Shown: positions 1 through 9,747, counted from the stretch's first letter. The stretch is DNA of 32,000 nucleotides from Ktedonobacterales bacterium (GCA_030167145.1 CP126532.1:1050001-1082000), one strand, 5' to 3'. Translations and numbers: made by a program. The notes: generated from the letters alone by a model not told the origin.

Positions 1-2
1 CA

Positions 3-2231
3 GGGACGCTGGCGCTGGTGCATGGGCGCTTCCCTGAGGGCTGGCATAGCCGCTCGCTGGCGCTCACCGTCTACACCGACGCCGAAATCTTCGGCTGGTC
101 CAAGCGGCGCGGCGAGCAGCGGCGCGGTGGTGGCACGCCCGCCTCGTTCCTGGCCGAACTGCGCCCCGGCGACTTCGTGGTGCATCAGGACCACGGCGTC
201 GGGCGCTTCGATGGGCTGGTGAAGCTGAACAACGGCGGCGTGGACCGCGAATATCTGCTCGTGCAATACGCGGGCACGGACAAGCTTTACATCCCCACCG
301 ACCAGCTTGATCGCCTCACCAAATACATCGGCATGGGCGACTCCACCCCCGCGCTGAGCAAACTCGGTGGCGCTGAGTGGGTCCGCGCCAAGCAGCGCGC
401 CAAAGAGAGCGTCGCCAACGTCGCCCGCGACCTGCTGCGCCTCTACAGCGTCCGCGAGAGCATCATTGGCCACCCCTTCCCCTCCGACGACATGCAGCCC
501 TGGCTGCAAGAACTGGAAGAATCCTTCCCCTACGAAGAGACACCCGACCAGAAACAGGCCATCGAAGAGGTCAAATCGGATATGGAGCGCGCCCGCCCGA
601 TGGACCGCCTCGTCTGCGGCGATGTCGGCTATGGCAAGACCGAGGTCGCGCTGCGCGCCGCCTTCAAGGCCGCGCTGGATCAGCGCCAGGTGGCCGTGCT
701 GGTTCCCACCACCGTCCTTGCCTTGCAGCATTTCAACACGCTCAGCCAGCGCCTCAAGCCCTACCCCGTGCGCGTCGAACTGCTCAGCCGCTTCCGCTCC
801 GAGAAAGAGCAAAAGGAGGTCCTGAAGGATTTGGCGCTGGGCCGGGTAGACATCGTCGTCGGCACGCATCGCATCCTGCAGAAGGATGTCGTCTTCAACA
901 ATTTGGGGCTAGTGATCGTGGACGAGGAGCAGCGTTTCGGCGTGCTGCACAAAGAACGGCTGAAGCAGTTGCGGACCGAGGTGGATGTGCTGACGCTGAC
1001 CGCGACGCCGATCCCGCGCACGCTGCATATGGCGCTGGTCAACGTCCGCGATATGAGCGTGATCGAGACGCCGCCGCACGAGCGCCTGCCGATCCGCACG
1101 TTCATTCGCCACTGGGAAGATGCGCTGATCCGCGAGGCGATTCTGCGCGAGATTGATCGCGGCGGGCAGGTCTTCTTCGTCCACAACCGCGTGCAGGGTA
1201 TTCAGGCGCTGGCCGAGCGGCTGCGTAAGCTTGTGCCCGAAGCGACCTTCGCCGTCGGCCACGGCCAGATGCCCGAAGACCAGCTTGAACATGTGATGCT
1301 CGATTTCTCCGCTGGCGAATACAACGTGCTGATCAGCACCACCATCATCGAAAACGGGCTGGACATCCCCAACGCCAATACGATCATCGTCAACAATGCC
1401 GCGTACTTCGGCCTGGGGCAGCTCTATCAGTTGCGTGGCCGTGTGGGCCGTGGTACACACCAGGCATACGCCTACTTCCTGTATCAGAAAGACACCAAGC
1501 TCACGCCCATCGCCGAAAAGCGGCTGCGCGCCATCTTCGAGGCGACCGAACTGGGCGCGGGCTTCCGCATCGCCATGAAAGACCTGGAGCTACGCGGCGC
1601 GGGCAATTTGCTGGGCGCGGAGCAATCCGGGTTCGCTAATGCCGTCGGCTTCGACCTGTATACCAAGCTGCTCTCAGACGCGATCATGGAGGTCAAGGGT
1701 GAAATCAGCGCGCAGCCGCCGAAGCTGCCGCCGGTCACGGTGGATCTGCCAGTCAATGCCTACATCCCCGACGACTATATCAATGACCGCACGCTGAAGA
1801 TGAACTTCTACCAGCGGCTGGCGAATATGGAGCAGCCCGAACAGGTGCAGGCGATCACCGCCGAGATGGCCGACCGCTTCGGCACGCCGCCGGAGCCGGT
1901 GGCGCACCTGCTCTCGCTGGTGCAACTGAAGACCGAAGCCGCGCGCCTGGGCTACGAGGCGCTCTCGCTGCGCGACGGCCATCTCGTCATGAAGCTGCGC
2001 CGCACCGTCACCGCCGACCGCGTGGGCCTCTATCGCGCCTTCCGCAACGATGTCAACGTCCAGCTTGGCGAGGTGCGCCTGCCCCGCCGCCACCTCCCCG
2101 AAGGCGAAACCCCGATGCTAGCGCGCATCGGCGAACTGCTGCCCCTCGTCGTCGGCGCGAAAGCCACCACTGCCGCAGCGAACGGCGCGAATGGCGCGAA
2201 CGGCGCGAAAAAGGCCGCTACCTCTTCGTAG
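3..2231 (+). CDS. mfd: Transcription-repair coupling factor Mfd, C-terminal ~740 aa (5' end lies outside the window)
   Basis: The frame of ORF 18..2231 stays open back to nt 3, so the GTG at 18 is not the true start. Motifs seen: DFVVHQDHGVGRF (CarD/TRCF-like), GDVGYGKTEVA (helicase motif I), DEEQRFG (motif II), TATPIPRT, and QLRGRVGRG (TRG motif). The C-terminal tail has ANG repeats. Confidence 0.93.
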   Translation, partial: GTLALVHGRFPEGWHSRSLALTVYTDAEIFGWSKRRGEQRRGGGTPASFLAELRPGDFVVHQDHGVGRFDGLVKLNNGGVDREYLLVQYAGTDKLYIPTDQLDRLTKYIGMGDSTPALSKLGGAEWVRAKQRAKESVANVARDLLRLYSVRESIIGHPFPSDDMQPWLQELEESFPYEETPDQKQAIEEVKSDMERARPMDRLVCGDVGYGKTEVALRAAFKAALDQRQVAVLVPTTVLALQHFNTLSQRLKPYPVRVELLSRFRSEKEQKEVLKDLALGRVDIVVGTHRILQKDVVFNNLGLVIVDEEQRFGVLHKERLKQLRTEVDVLTLTATPIPRTLHMALVNVRDMSVIETPPHERLPIRTFIRHWEDALIREAILREIDRGGQVFFVHNRVQGIQALAERLRKLVPEATFAVGHGQMPEDQLEHVMLDFSAGEYNVLISTTIIENGLDIPNANTIIVNNAAYFGLGQLYQLRGRVGRGTHQAYAYFLYQKDTKLTPIAEKRLRAIFEATELGAGFRIAMKDLELRGAGNLLGAEQSGFANAVGFDLYTKLLSDAIMEVKGEISAQPPKLPPVTVDLPVNAYIPDDYINDRTLKMNFYQRLANMEQPEQVQAITAEMADRFGTPPEPVAHLLSLVQLKTEAARLGYEALSLRDGHLVMKLRRTVTADRVGLYRAFRNDVNVQLGEVRLPRRHLPEGETPMLARIGELLPLVVGAKATTAAANGANGANGAKKAATSS

Positions 2232-2270
2232 CGGCCACTCAGCGCGGCAATACATAGATGAGGCGGCTCG

Positions 2271-3011
2271 TCATGCGCTGCTGAGCGCGAAGAAGCGCCG
2301 CGCCACCAAGATGCACCAGATCACCGTCGGCAGCAGCGAAGCGAGCGAGATTACGATGCCAACTGTCCCCGCGACCGTCGCAGGCACGAGCATCAAGACG
2401 CCCAGCACGAGGCCCACATACGCCGTCGCTTTGCCGAAGACGTTGCTCCGCAGCATCACCACCGCGAAGAGCAGAATCGCCACCCCGCCGAGGACGTAGC
2501 TCACGTCATACGCGCTGCCCTGCCACGTGGCGAGCATCGCTCGCCCCGCCGCCATGATCTGCGCTCGCTCCGCATCCGTCGTCGCGGCGTCATACTGGTT
2601 GCTCAGCACCAGCATGTTGAACGCCGTATTCGAGGCGAAGAACGTCGTGACACTCACCAGGCCGATGACAGTCGCCAGCGCGGTGAGTGGTCCACCGGCC
2701 CGCCTGAGCGCTCCATACAGGGCGAAGTAGATCAGGCCCATCAGCGCCGTGCCGACCATCATCAACAGGTCCAGGTCGAGCAGCCCCAGCAATGCATTGC
2801 GGTGAAATAACGCGAACCAATCGGCTATCGTCGTCGGGGGCGGGTTGATGATATAGACGATCACCCCTCCGGCAATCACCCCTACCTCCAGCAGGGCAGC
2901 CACCGCACCCACCACATACATCGGCTTCCAGGCGGCATCCGTGACATCACGCTTCTGTTCATCCACCCGCTGCTGGCGTGTGGATGGCGCTCCCATCATT
3001 GCCGTACCCAT
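2271..3011 (-). CDS. Polytopic integral membrane protein (about six hydrophobic segments; DUF4386-like from memory, family not verified)
   Basis: 246-aa ORF. The ATG at 3011 is preceded by GGAAGGAG. Hydrophobic helices alternate with short loops. The opposite-strand ORFs have junk composition. Confidence 0.7.
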   Translation of the reverse strand: MGTAMMGAPSTRQQRVDEQKRDVTDAAWKPMYVVGAVAALLEVGVIAGGVIVYIINPPPTTIADWFALFHRNALLGLLDLDLLMMVGTALMGLIYFALYGALRRAGGPLTALATVIGLVSVTTFFASNTAFNMLVLSNQYDAATTDAERAQIMAAGRAMLATWQGSAYDVSYVLGGVAILLFAVVMLRSNVFGKATAYVGLVLGVLMLVPATVAGTVGIVISLASLLPTVIWCILVARRFFALSSA

Positions 3012-3172
3012 AGCAATGCTCCTTCCGCCTTATCTAGTCCTATCCGTTCATTCCTCTTCCCACCTGTAGCGCACCATCCTCACCGGCACGTCTCACCACG
3101 CGGACGCGCCCACACAACCACGTCACAGCATCAAATGTTACGGACTTCCACTACCACTCCCCACAACGTCAC

Positions 3173-3246
3173 CACTCAGACTCATCACGCGCCACTCAGG
3201 TTCATATGCGCGCGATGACCCTGAGTAAGGCAGATGACCCTGAGTG
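3173..3246. repeat. Nested double inverted repeat (two direct + two inverted copies of a 13-nt motif) upstream of the DinB gene
   Basis: The four copies are CACTCAGACTCAT (3173-3185), CACTCAGGTTCAT (3193-3205), ATGACCCTGAGTA (3215-3227) and ATGACCCTGAGTG (3234-3246). The inner and outer pairs are each complementary at 11 of 13 positions. Confidence 0.8.
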
Positions 3247-3368
3247 GGCGGGAAGCGGATGTTCGCTCAGAAATCTGCCCACACCGCCGCACGGCTAGCG
3301 GGTATGCTTGGATGCATGATGAGACGACCCCGCCGTTTGCTCTCTCAGAGAGAACCAGGAATACTATC

Positions 3369-3962
3369 ATGACAGAGCAGCAGCTTTCACTCCTCCCCTT
3401 CTACGCGGGTTGGGGGATCTACCAGCAGCGTCTTGTCGCGGCCATCGCACCCCTTACCCCAGAGCAGCTTACCTTGCGGACCACGCCACAACATTGGTCA
3501 GTTGGCATGTACGTGACGCATATTGTCGCCAATCGCGCCTGGTGGTTCCACGCGCGCATGGGCGAGGGCGGCGACGATCTAACTCCCCTGGAATTATGGG
3601 CGCTGGGTGTCTGTGAGGCGGACGTTGATCCACTCCATCCGGCGGCGGAACTGGTGGCCGGGCTGGAGCAGACCTGGCAGATGATCGAGCAGACACTTGC
3701 CCGCCTGACCCCTGCGGATCTGTTCGAGGTCGTCCCACCGCTGGATCAGGCGAAACGGGTGCGTCACGCGCAACTGGTCGAGCCTGCGCTCCAGCCCTTT
3801 GCCCAAATGTGGTTGGATGCGGCGGCTCGTTCTGGAGCAGTGCGACCCGCAGTATCGCGTCAGCAGATCATCTGGGGTGTGCTCGAACATGACATCCATC
3901 ACGGCAGCGAAGTCTCCACCATTCTCGGCGTCCACGGCCTGCCGGTCGTCGAGTTAGATTGA
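3369..3962 (+). CDS. DinB-family (DinB_2-like) metal-dependent protein
   Basis: The ATG at 3369 (MTEQQLSLLPFY...) is preceded by AGGAA. The track start at 3234 lies inside an upstream palindrome and adds a basic, non-conserved leader. The translation has helical-bundle character and conserved His positions, including HDIHHGSE near the C-terminus. This is typical of the DinB superfamily. Confidence 0.78.
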   Translation: MTEQQLSLLPFYAGWGIYQQRLVAAIAPLTPEQLTLRTTPQHWSVGMYVTHIVANRAWWFHARMGEGGDDLTPLELWALGVCEADVDPLHPAAELVAGLEQTWQMIEQTLARLTPADLFEVVPPLDQAKRVRHAQLVEPALQPFAQMWLDAAARSGAVRPAVSRQQIIWGVLEHDIHHGSEVSTILGVHGLPVVELD

Positions 3963-4056
3963 GCAGGGTCACGTACCTCTGCAGATTCGTTTGTGCATGC
4001 CATCTCACCCTCTATGCCGTTCCTCTGCTAGCGCCCCCAGTCAGGATCATTGTCCT

Positions 4057-4091
4057 CACTCAGACTCATTGCGCGTTTATGAGCCTGAGTG
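4057..4091. repeat. Single copy of the same 13-9-13 inverted repeat downstream of the DinB gene
   Basis: CACTCAGACTCAT-tgcgcgttt-ATGAGCCTGAGTG is complementary at 12 of 13 positions. It lies between the convergent DinB and XDH large-subunit genes. Confidence 0.8.
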
Positions 4092-4120
4092 CCGCGTGAT
4101 GATCCCAAGTGGACGCAACA

Positions 4121-6325
4121 TCACCCAGCCGTGCTCTGGCCATTCATAGCCGAGAGCGCCGCCAGCACGCGCTCCGGCGTCATCGGCTGCTGTGAAAGCC
4201 ACACGCCCGTCGCGTCGTGGATCGCGGCGGCCACAGCGGGCGCGAACGGCACCAGCGGCATCTCTGCCACGCCCCGCGCGCCATAGGGGCCGTTTGGATC
4301 TGCTAGTTCCAGCACCACCGGCACGATCTCCGGCGGCATATCCAGCGCCGTCGGCAACAGATATGTGCTGAAGTACGGCGTCAGCACATGCCCATCGCGC
4401 ACCTGGAAGTCTTCGAGCAGCGCATAGCCCACCGCCTGCGCCAGACACCCCTCGATCTGCCCCTCCACCTGCTGCATATTAATCGCCCGCCCCACGTCAT
4501 GCACGCTGATTACCCGCAGCACGCGCACCTGACCCGTCAGCGTATTCACCTCCACCTCCACCGCCTGCGCCGCGTAGCCATAGCAGTAGTTCGGACGCCC
4601 CGCGCCGCTCATCGGATCCAGCGGCGTGGTAGCTGGCGGATGGAATTGCACTTCGGCCTCCGCCTCGTACTCCTCCGCCGCGCTCCACTTCGCCCGCGCC
4701 GCCAGCGCCGCATCGTGGACCGCACGGCCACCCATCAGCGTCATCCGTGATGCTGAGGCGCTGCCCGCGTTGGGCGCTTCGCCGCTGTCATCTGTCACCA
4801 TGCTCACCTGTTCCAGCGCGATGCCCAGCGTCTCAGCGGCAATCTGCCGCAGGATCAAGTGCGCGCCCTGGCCCACATCCGCCGCGCCAATGAGCACCAC
4901 CGCGCGCTCTAGCTCCGCCTTGCCATAGAGATGCACCTTTGCCGTGGACTGCTCTTGATAGCCGAACGAATAGCCCACGTTCTTGATGCCGCAGGCGATG
5001 CCGATGCCCCGGCGCAGATGCGGCGCGGACGGCACATCCGATTCACGCGGCTCGCCATAGCGAAGCCGTGCGCGCGCCTCCTCTACGCAGCGTTCCAGCA
5101 CCGGCAGCGCGCTCACGCCCTCCGGCAGCGGCTGCTGTGTCGGCTCCAGGCTACCCTCGCGATAGATATTGCGGCGCCGCAACTCTACGGGGTCCATCCC
5201 CAGCGCATGCGCCAGCCGCGTCACCATAATCTCCGCCGCGAACTGCGCCTGTGGCGCGCCAAAGCCACGGAACGCGCCGCACGGCACATTGTTCGTATAG
5301 ACCGCGTAGCCGTCCACGCTGATGTTCGGAATCTCATAGCAGCCGCTGGCGAAGAGGGTCGCCACCTTCGTCACCTCCACGCTGGTCGAGGCATACGCCC
5401 CGCCATCGGCGATCACCTCGGCCTCTACGGCAGTGATGCGCCCCTCGCGGGTCGCGCCCCAGCGGCAGCGAATATCGAACGGGTGGCGCTTGTGATGCGC
5501 GATCATGGACTCCTCGCGCTTCCATTGCATCGCCACGGGCCGCCGCAGCTTCCACGCTGCCAGCGCCAGCAAGTGCTGCATCGAGAGGTCTTCGCGTCCA
5601 CCGAACGCCCCGCCAATCGCCGCATAGCGCACGATCACCTGCTCTTCGGGTAGCTGCAGCATTGCGGCGATCTGCCTGCGATCCTCGTGCAGCCATTGCC
5701 CGGCGGTCTCGATCACCACCCGCTCCTGCTCATCCACATACGCAATGCCTGCCTCGGGCTGAAGGAACGCATGCTCCTGCCAGGATGTGCTGAACGCGCC
5801 TTCCAGCACCACAGCAGCCTCTGCGAACGCCCGCGCCGTGTCGCCCTTGCGAATCGGGATGTGCAGCAAGAGATTCGTACCCAGTTCCGCATGCACCAGC
5901 GGCGCGCCAGCCGCCAGCGCCGCACGCGCATCCGTCACGGCGGGCAGATCTTCATACGTAACCGCCACCAGCTTTGCCGCTGCTTCCGCCTGCTCCTTGC
6001 TCTCCGCGACCACCAACGCCACTTTGTCGCCCTCGAAGCGCACCACATCGCCGCAGAGCGCGGGTTGATCGGCGTCAATCAGCCCATGCGCGTTGTACGG
6101 CACATCCTTCGCGGTGAGCACCGCGGCCACGCCGGGCGCGCCTTCAGCGGCGCTCGTATCCAGCGCGACGATGCGCGCGTGCGGGCGCTGCGCGAAGACC
6201 AGTTGCAGATGCAGCATGCCGGGGCGAATCAGGTCCGCCGGATAGCGCGCCGCCCCCGTCACTTTGCCCAGCGCGTCCGGCCGGGGCAGCGATGCGCCGA
6301 TGAGGTGGGTCTTTGGTGTGCTCAT
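4121..6325 (-). CDS. Xanthine dehydrogenase / aldehyde oxidase family, molybdopterin-binding large subunit
   Basis: 734 aa. The N-terminus reads LPRPDALGKVTGAARYPADL and an IGGAFGGRED motif is present. Overall length and layout match CoxL/XdhB-type subunits. The ATG overlaps the upstream gene's stop (ATGA at 6322-6325). A GGGAGG RBS is present. Confidence 0.9.
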   Translation of the reverse strand: MSTPKTHLIGASLPRPDALGKVTGAARYPADLIRPGMLHLQLVFAQRPHARIVALDTSAAEGAPGVAAVLTAKDVPYNAHGLIDADQPALCGDVVRFEGDKVALVVAESKEQAEAAAKLVAVTYEDLPAVTDARAALAAGAPLVHAELGTNLLLHIPIRKGDTARAFAEAAVVLEGAFSTSWQEHAFLQPEAGIAYVDEQERVVIETAGQWLHEDRRQIAAMLQLPEEQVIVRYAAIGGAFGGREDLSMQHLLALAAWKLRRPVAMQWKREESMIAHHKRHPFDIRCRWGATREGRITAVEAEVIADGGAYASTSVEVTKVATLFASGCYEIPNISVDGYAVYTNNVPCGAFRGFGAPQAQFAAEIMVTRLAHALGMDPVELRRRNIYREGSLEPTQQPLPEGVSALPVLERCVEEARARLRYGEPRESDVPSAPHLRRGIGIACGIKNVGYSFGYQEQSTAKVHLYGKAELERAVVLIGAADVGQGAHLILRQIAAETLGIALEQVSMVTDDSGEAPNAGSASASRMTLMGGRAVHDAALAARAKWSAAEEYEAEAEVQFHPPATTPLDPMSGAGRPNYCYGYAAQAVEVEVNTLTGQVRVLRVISVHDVGRAINMQQVEGQIEGCLAQAVGYALLEDFQVRDGHVLTPYFSTYLLPTALDMPPEIVPVVLELADPNGPYGARGVAEMPLVPFAPAVAAAIHDATGVWLSQQPMTPERVLAALSAMNGQSTAG

Positions 6326-7749
6326 GCGGCGCCTCCCTCGGTGATCTCCGCGCTGGCGGCGTGAACCGCGTCCAGAATCTTGCGATAGCCGGTGCAGCGG
6401 CAGATATTGCCGCTCAGCGCGGTCAAAATCTGCTCGTCATTGGGCGCGGGCCGCTCATCCAGCAGCTTTGCCCCCGCCATCAGCATGCCAGGGATACAGA
6501 AGCCGCACTGCACCGCGCCGCACGCCACAAAAGCGTCTTGCAATGGATGCAGGTCGCCTTCATCCGCCGCACCGCCTGCGTGCGCTAGCCCTTCGATGGT
6601 GGTCACGCTGCCGCTATGCGCCTGCGCGGCTGGAACGAGACATGACATCACCGTCTGCCTGTTAAGCCACACGGTACACGCGCCGCACTCGCCCTCCGCG
6701 CAACCCTCCTTCGTGCCGGTCAATCCGGCATCCTCGCGCAGCGCATTCAGCAGCGTCTTGCCCGCCGCCCCTGGCAACTCATAGGCCGTCCCGTTGATCG
6801 TCGTCGCGATCACTCCCGCGAACGGCAGCGCCACTGTGGATGATGTATCGCGTGTTTCCAGCAGCACCGGCGTCGCGGGCCAGCCCGCCGCCTGTGTTCC
6901 CGCCGCGACGCGCCGCAGACCCTCCGCGACCAGCGCCGCTAGCGTCTCGCGCCGGTATCCCGCCGACCCGCGCAGGTCATCTATCGGCGCGGCATCGTCA
7001 CACGCCCGCCGCCCGGCTTCGGCACATACTGCCTCATCCAGCCGCCTGCCCACGAGATATGCTTCCACCGTCCGCGCGTGGATCACCGTCGGCGCGAGGC
7101 AGCCCAGTGTGATGCGCGCATCACGCACTACCTCGCCATCGAACGTCAGCACCAGCGCAATATCAATCACCGAAATCGCCTGTGCGCGCCGCAGCCCCAG
7201 CTTCAAGAATATCCCGCGCTGATTCTCGCGCAGCGCCGGAAAGCGTATCTCGCGAATCAGCTCATCTGGCCGCAGCACCGTGCGGCGGAAGGCCGGATAG
7301 AACTCCGCCAGCGGCACGATACGCTCACCACCCTCGGCGCTCACCAGCGCCAGCTCCGCGCCCAGCGCCATCAGCGGCGGAATGGTGTCATTGGCGGGCG
7401 AGGCCGTGACGAGATTGCCGGCGATAGTAGCGCGCGTGCGAATCTGTGGCGCACCCACCTCCCAGCAGGCCTGCGCCAGCGGCAGTGCGCCCGCCACACA
7501 CGCGGGCGAGGCGATCCCGTCGTTGTGCGTCGCCAGCGCGCCCAGCCGGATGAGTCCGCTCTCTTCGCGCACATATTTCAGTTCGGTGAGCGCGGTGATG
7601 TCTATCAGCGTCTCCGTGGGCCTCACGCCACGTGATAGCTCCACCAGCACATCCGTACCGCCCGCGATCACCCGCGCCTGGCCCGCGTACCGCCGCAGGA
7701 GGTCCAGCGCCTCAGCCATACTCGCCGGCCGTAGATAGGTCCGCCACAT
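6322..7749 (-). CDS. Fused FAD-binding (CoxM/XdhA-like, N-terminal) and [2Fe-2S] (CoxS-like, C-terminal) subunit of the molybdoenzyme
   Basis: The N-terminal half has VIAGGTDVLVEL (FAD-binding molybdopterin dehydrogenase domain). The C-terminal half has CAEGECGACTV, CGFCIPG and CRCTGY, which are the two 2Fe-2S cluster motifs. A strong AAGGAGGTG RBS sits before the ATG at 7749. Confidence 0.9.
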   Translation of the reverse strand: MWRTYLRPASMAEALDLLRRYAGQARVIAGGTDVLVELSRGVRPTETLIDITALTELKYVREESGLIRLGALATHNDGIASPACVAGALPLAQACWEVGAPQIRTRATIAGNLVTASPANDTIPPLMALGAELALVSAEGGERIVPLAEFYPAFRRTVLRPDELIREIRFPALRENQRGIFLKLGLRRAQAISVIDIALVLTFDGEVVRDARITLGCLAPTVIHARTVEAYLVGRRLDEAVCAEAGRRACDDAAPIDDLRGSAGYRRETLAALVAEGLRRVAAGTQAAGWPATPVLLETRDTSSTVALPFAGVIATTINGTAYELPGAAGKTLLNALREDAGLTGTKEGCAEGECGACTVWLNRQTVMSCLVPAAQAHSGSVTTIEGLAHAGGAADEGDLHPLQDAFVACGAVQCGFCIPGMLMAGAKLLDERPAPNDEQILTALSGNICRCTGYRKILDAVHAASAEITEGGAA

Positions 7750-7853
7750 ACTCGCTCACCTCCTTCTTCCCAACTGTTGTGTTCCCTATTCTATCTGATA
7801 CATGAATGTGTATGGCGATTGAGAAGGAATGAGGGCAGTGAGCGTTTGGATGC

Positions 7854-8924
7854 CTAGCTGCTGAGTTCGCCTGACTCATGGGGCAGATGCCGCCGCTTCA
7901 GTTCGTCCAGTTCCGCGCGGAATGCCGCTTCGAGCGCGCGCTTCTGCTCATCCGGCAGGAAGCTGCACCGCACGCCGTTGAGCAGGATCTCGTCAATCTG
8001 GGCGACATCCAGGTTAAATGTGCTTGCCAGCAGCGCCACCTCTTCACTCATCGTGGTGTTGAAGAGCGGGGGGTCATCGGCGTTGATCGTCACCGGCACG
8101 CCCGCGTCATACAGCCGCCGCAGTGGGTGCGCCGCCAGCGACGGATACACCCCCAGCCGCAGATTGCTGGTCGGGCAGACCTCGATGGGAATCCGCCGCT
8201 CGCGCAGGTACGCCACCAATTCCATGTCTTCGCTCGCCCGCACACCATGCCCTAGCCGCTCGGCCCCCAGCGCGCGCAACGATCCCCAGATGCTCTCCGG
8301 CCCCGCCGTCTCGCCCGCATGTGGCGCGCTATGCAGCCCCGCCGCCAGCGCCCGCGCGAACCACGGCGCGAACGGCTCTGGCGGATGCCCCGCTTCCATG
8401 CCACCCAGACCCAGCGCCACCACCCCCTCATCTTTGCATTCGATGGCTATGCCGGTCGTATAGTCGGCCTGCCGCCGCTGACGTTCAGCATCCGACAGCC
8501 CGCGCACGATATCGAAGACCCAGCGCATCTCCACACCAAACTCCTGCTGCGCGCGCATCCGTCCACGCTGCAAGCCGGAGAAATACGTCTCGTGCGGCAC
8601 ATCCAGCCAGTAGTGCGTGCTCGGCGTGAACGTCACCTCGGCATATCTGACGTTCTCCCGGGCCATCTCCGCGCCGAATTCATAGGCGATTAGCTCGTAA
8701 TCTTCCTCGTGCCGCAGACACTTGGTAATCGCGACATAGATCTCGATGAAATGCGGGAAGTCGCGAAACGTAAACCACTCGCTCAGCCCCGCCGCGCTAT
8801 CATATGGCAGCGCGACACCATTGCGCCGCGCCAGCGTCAGCAGCGTCTCCGGCAGGATCGAGCCTTCCAGATGTACATGCAGTTCCGCCTTCGGCGCGGC
8901 GCGCAGATAACTCTCTAGCGACAT
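7854..8924 (-). CDS. add: Adenosine deaminase
   Basis: Motifs seen: ELHVHLEGS, SAPHAGE and TINADDP. The ATG at 8924 (MSLESYL...) is preferred over the TTG at 8963 used by the ORF track. The start is not certain. Confidence 0.87.
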   Translation of the reverse strand: MSLESYLRAAPKAELHVHLEGSILPETLLTLARRNGVALPYDSAAGLSEWFTFRDFPHFIEIYVAITKCLRHEEDYELIAYEFGAEMARENVRYAEVTFTPSTHYWLDVPHETYFSGLQRGRMRAQQEFGVEMRWVFDIVRGLSDAERQRRQADYTTGIAIECKDEGVVALGLGGMEAGHPPEPFAPWFARALAAGLHSAPHAGETAGPESIWGSLRALGAERLGHGVRASEDMELVAYLRERRIPIEVCPTSNLRLGVYPSLAAHPLRRLYDAGVPVTINADDPPLFNTTMSEEVALLASTFNLDVAQIDEILLNGVRCSFLPDEQKRALEAAFRAELDELKRRHLPHESGELSS

Positions 8925-9081
8925 GCCCACTCGTCCATTCTCACCCAATTGGCGACCTCGCAAGACCTCACCACTCGTCCTGAATTATAGGCAACCCAGT
9001 CCAATGCATGCCTAAAATGTGACTGGTGAGCGCGGGAGCAACTTCACGGGACGGCGCACGACGAAGGGCAGAGCAGACGCC

Positions 9082-9747
9082 ATGCGCGACGAACTGACGA
9101 GCGAACTGGATAGCGACTCGTGGCAACTCAACTGGGGCGCTTTGCTGCGCACCGCCCGGCAGGTCTCCGGCCTGAGCCTGAACGAGTTAAGCGCCGTGAC
9201 GGGCCTCTCGAAGGGCTATCTTTCCAAGCTCGAATCCGGTCATCCAGCGGCGCAGAACCCCTCGCGCGCCACCTTGGCCGCGCTGGCACGCGCGCTGCCC
9301 AGCTTCCGCTCGCTGGCGCACATCCTCGACCCCTCACTCGCGCCCATCACCGCATTCGCCACCGCCGCGCCGCAGGTGCCCGCCGTCGTCCGCGAAGCCG
9401 ACGGCCACCTCGAACCCTCGCCAGTGAAACTGGGCTGGCGCGAGCTGGAAACGCTGATCGCGCTTATCACACTTGAGGAAGCCGCCACCACACAACCCGC
9501 CACGCGCATCGCGCTCTCGCGGGCCGTGGGGCGTCCGGTCGCCGAAATCGAACCGATTCTCGATGCGTTGGTGAGGATGGGCGTCTTGCTGCGCTGCCCA
9601 GGGCGCAGCCACGGCATGCCGCCCCTCTATCAGCGCGCACCCGATTTCGCCGCCCGCACTGGCATCGCGCGCCTGGGCGACGCGCTGATCCTTGCCGCCG
9701 CGCTGCTCAGCCAGTCTGCCGCCGCCCCCCGCAAACGCATGCCCTAG
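9082..9747 (+). CDS. XRE-family helix-turn-helix transcriptional regulator with a C-terminal winged-helix-like region
   Basis: HTH segment: LRTARQVSGLSLNELSAVTGLSKGYLSKLESG. The C-terminal part (IALSRAVGRPVAEIEPILDALVRMGVLLR) looks MarR/wHTH-like. The start could be ATG 9082 or GTG 9019; no clear RBS was seen for GTG 9019. Confidence 0.7.
   Translation: MRDELTSELDSDSWQLNWGALLRTARQVSGLSLNELSAVTGLSKGYLSKLESGHPAAQNPSRATLAALARALPSFRSLAHILDPSLAPITAFATAAPQVPAVVREADGHLEPSPVKLGWRELETLIALITLEEAATTQPATRIALSRAVGRPVAEIEPILDALVRMGVLLRCPGRSHGMPPLYQRAPDFAARTGIARLGDALILAAALLSQSAAAPRKRMP

Noticed and set aside
9221-9235. The sequence GCTCGAATCCGG, which resembles a tRNA T-arm.
   Set aside because: It lies inside the XRE-regulator CDS (encoding KLESG). 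No acceptor or anticodon stems can be built around it.
9284-9298. A TGGCAC-GCGCG-CTGC match to the sigma-54 pattern on the plus strand.
   Set aside because: It lies inside the XRE-regulator coding sequence with no downstream gene start to serve. It is built largely from GC-rich codons (ALARALP). I treat it as the expected background hit, although an internal promoter cannot be excluded.
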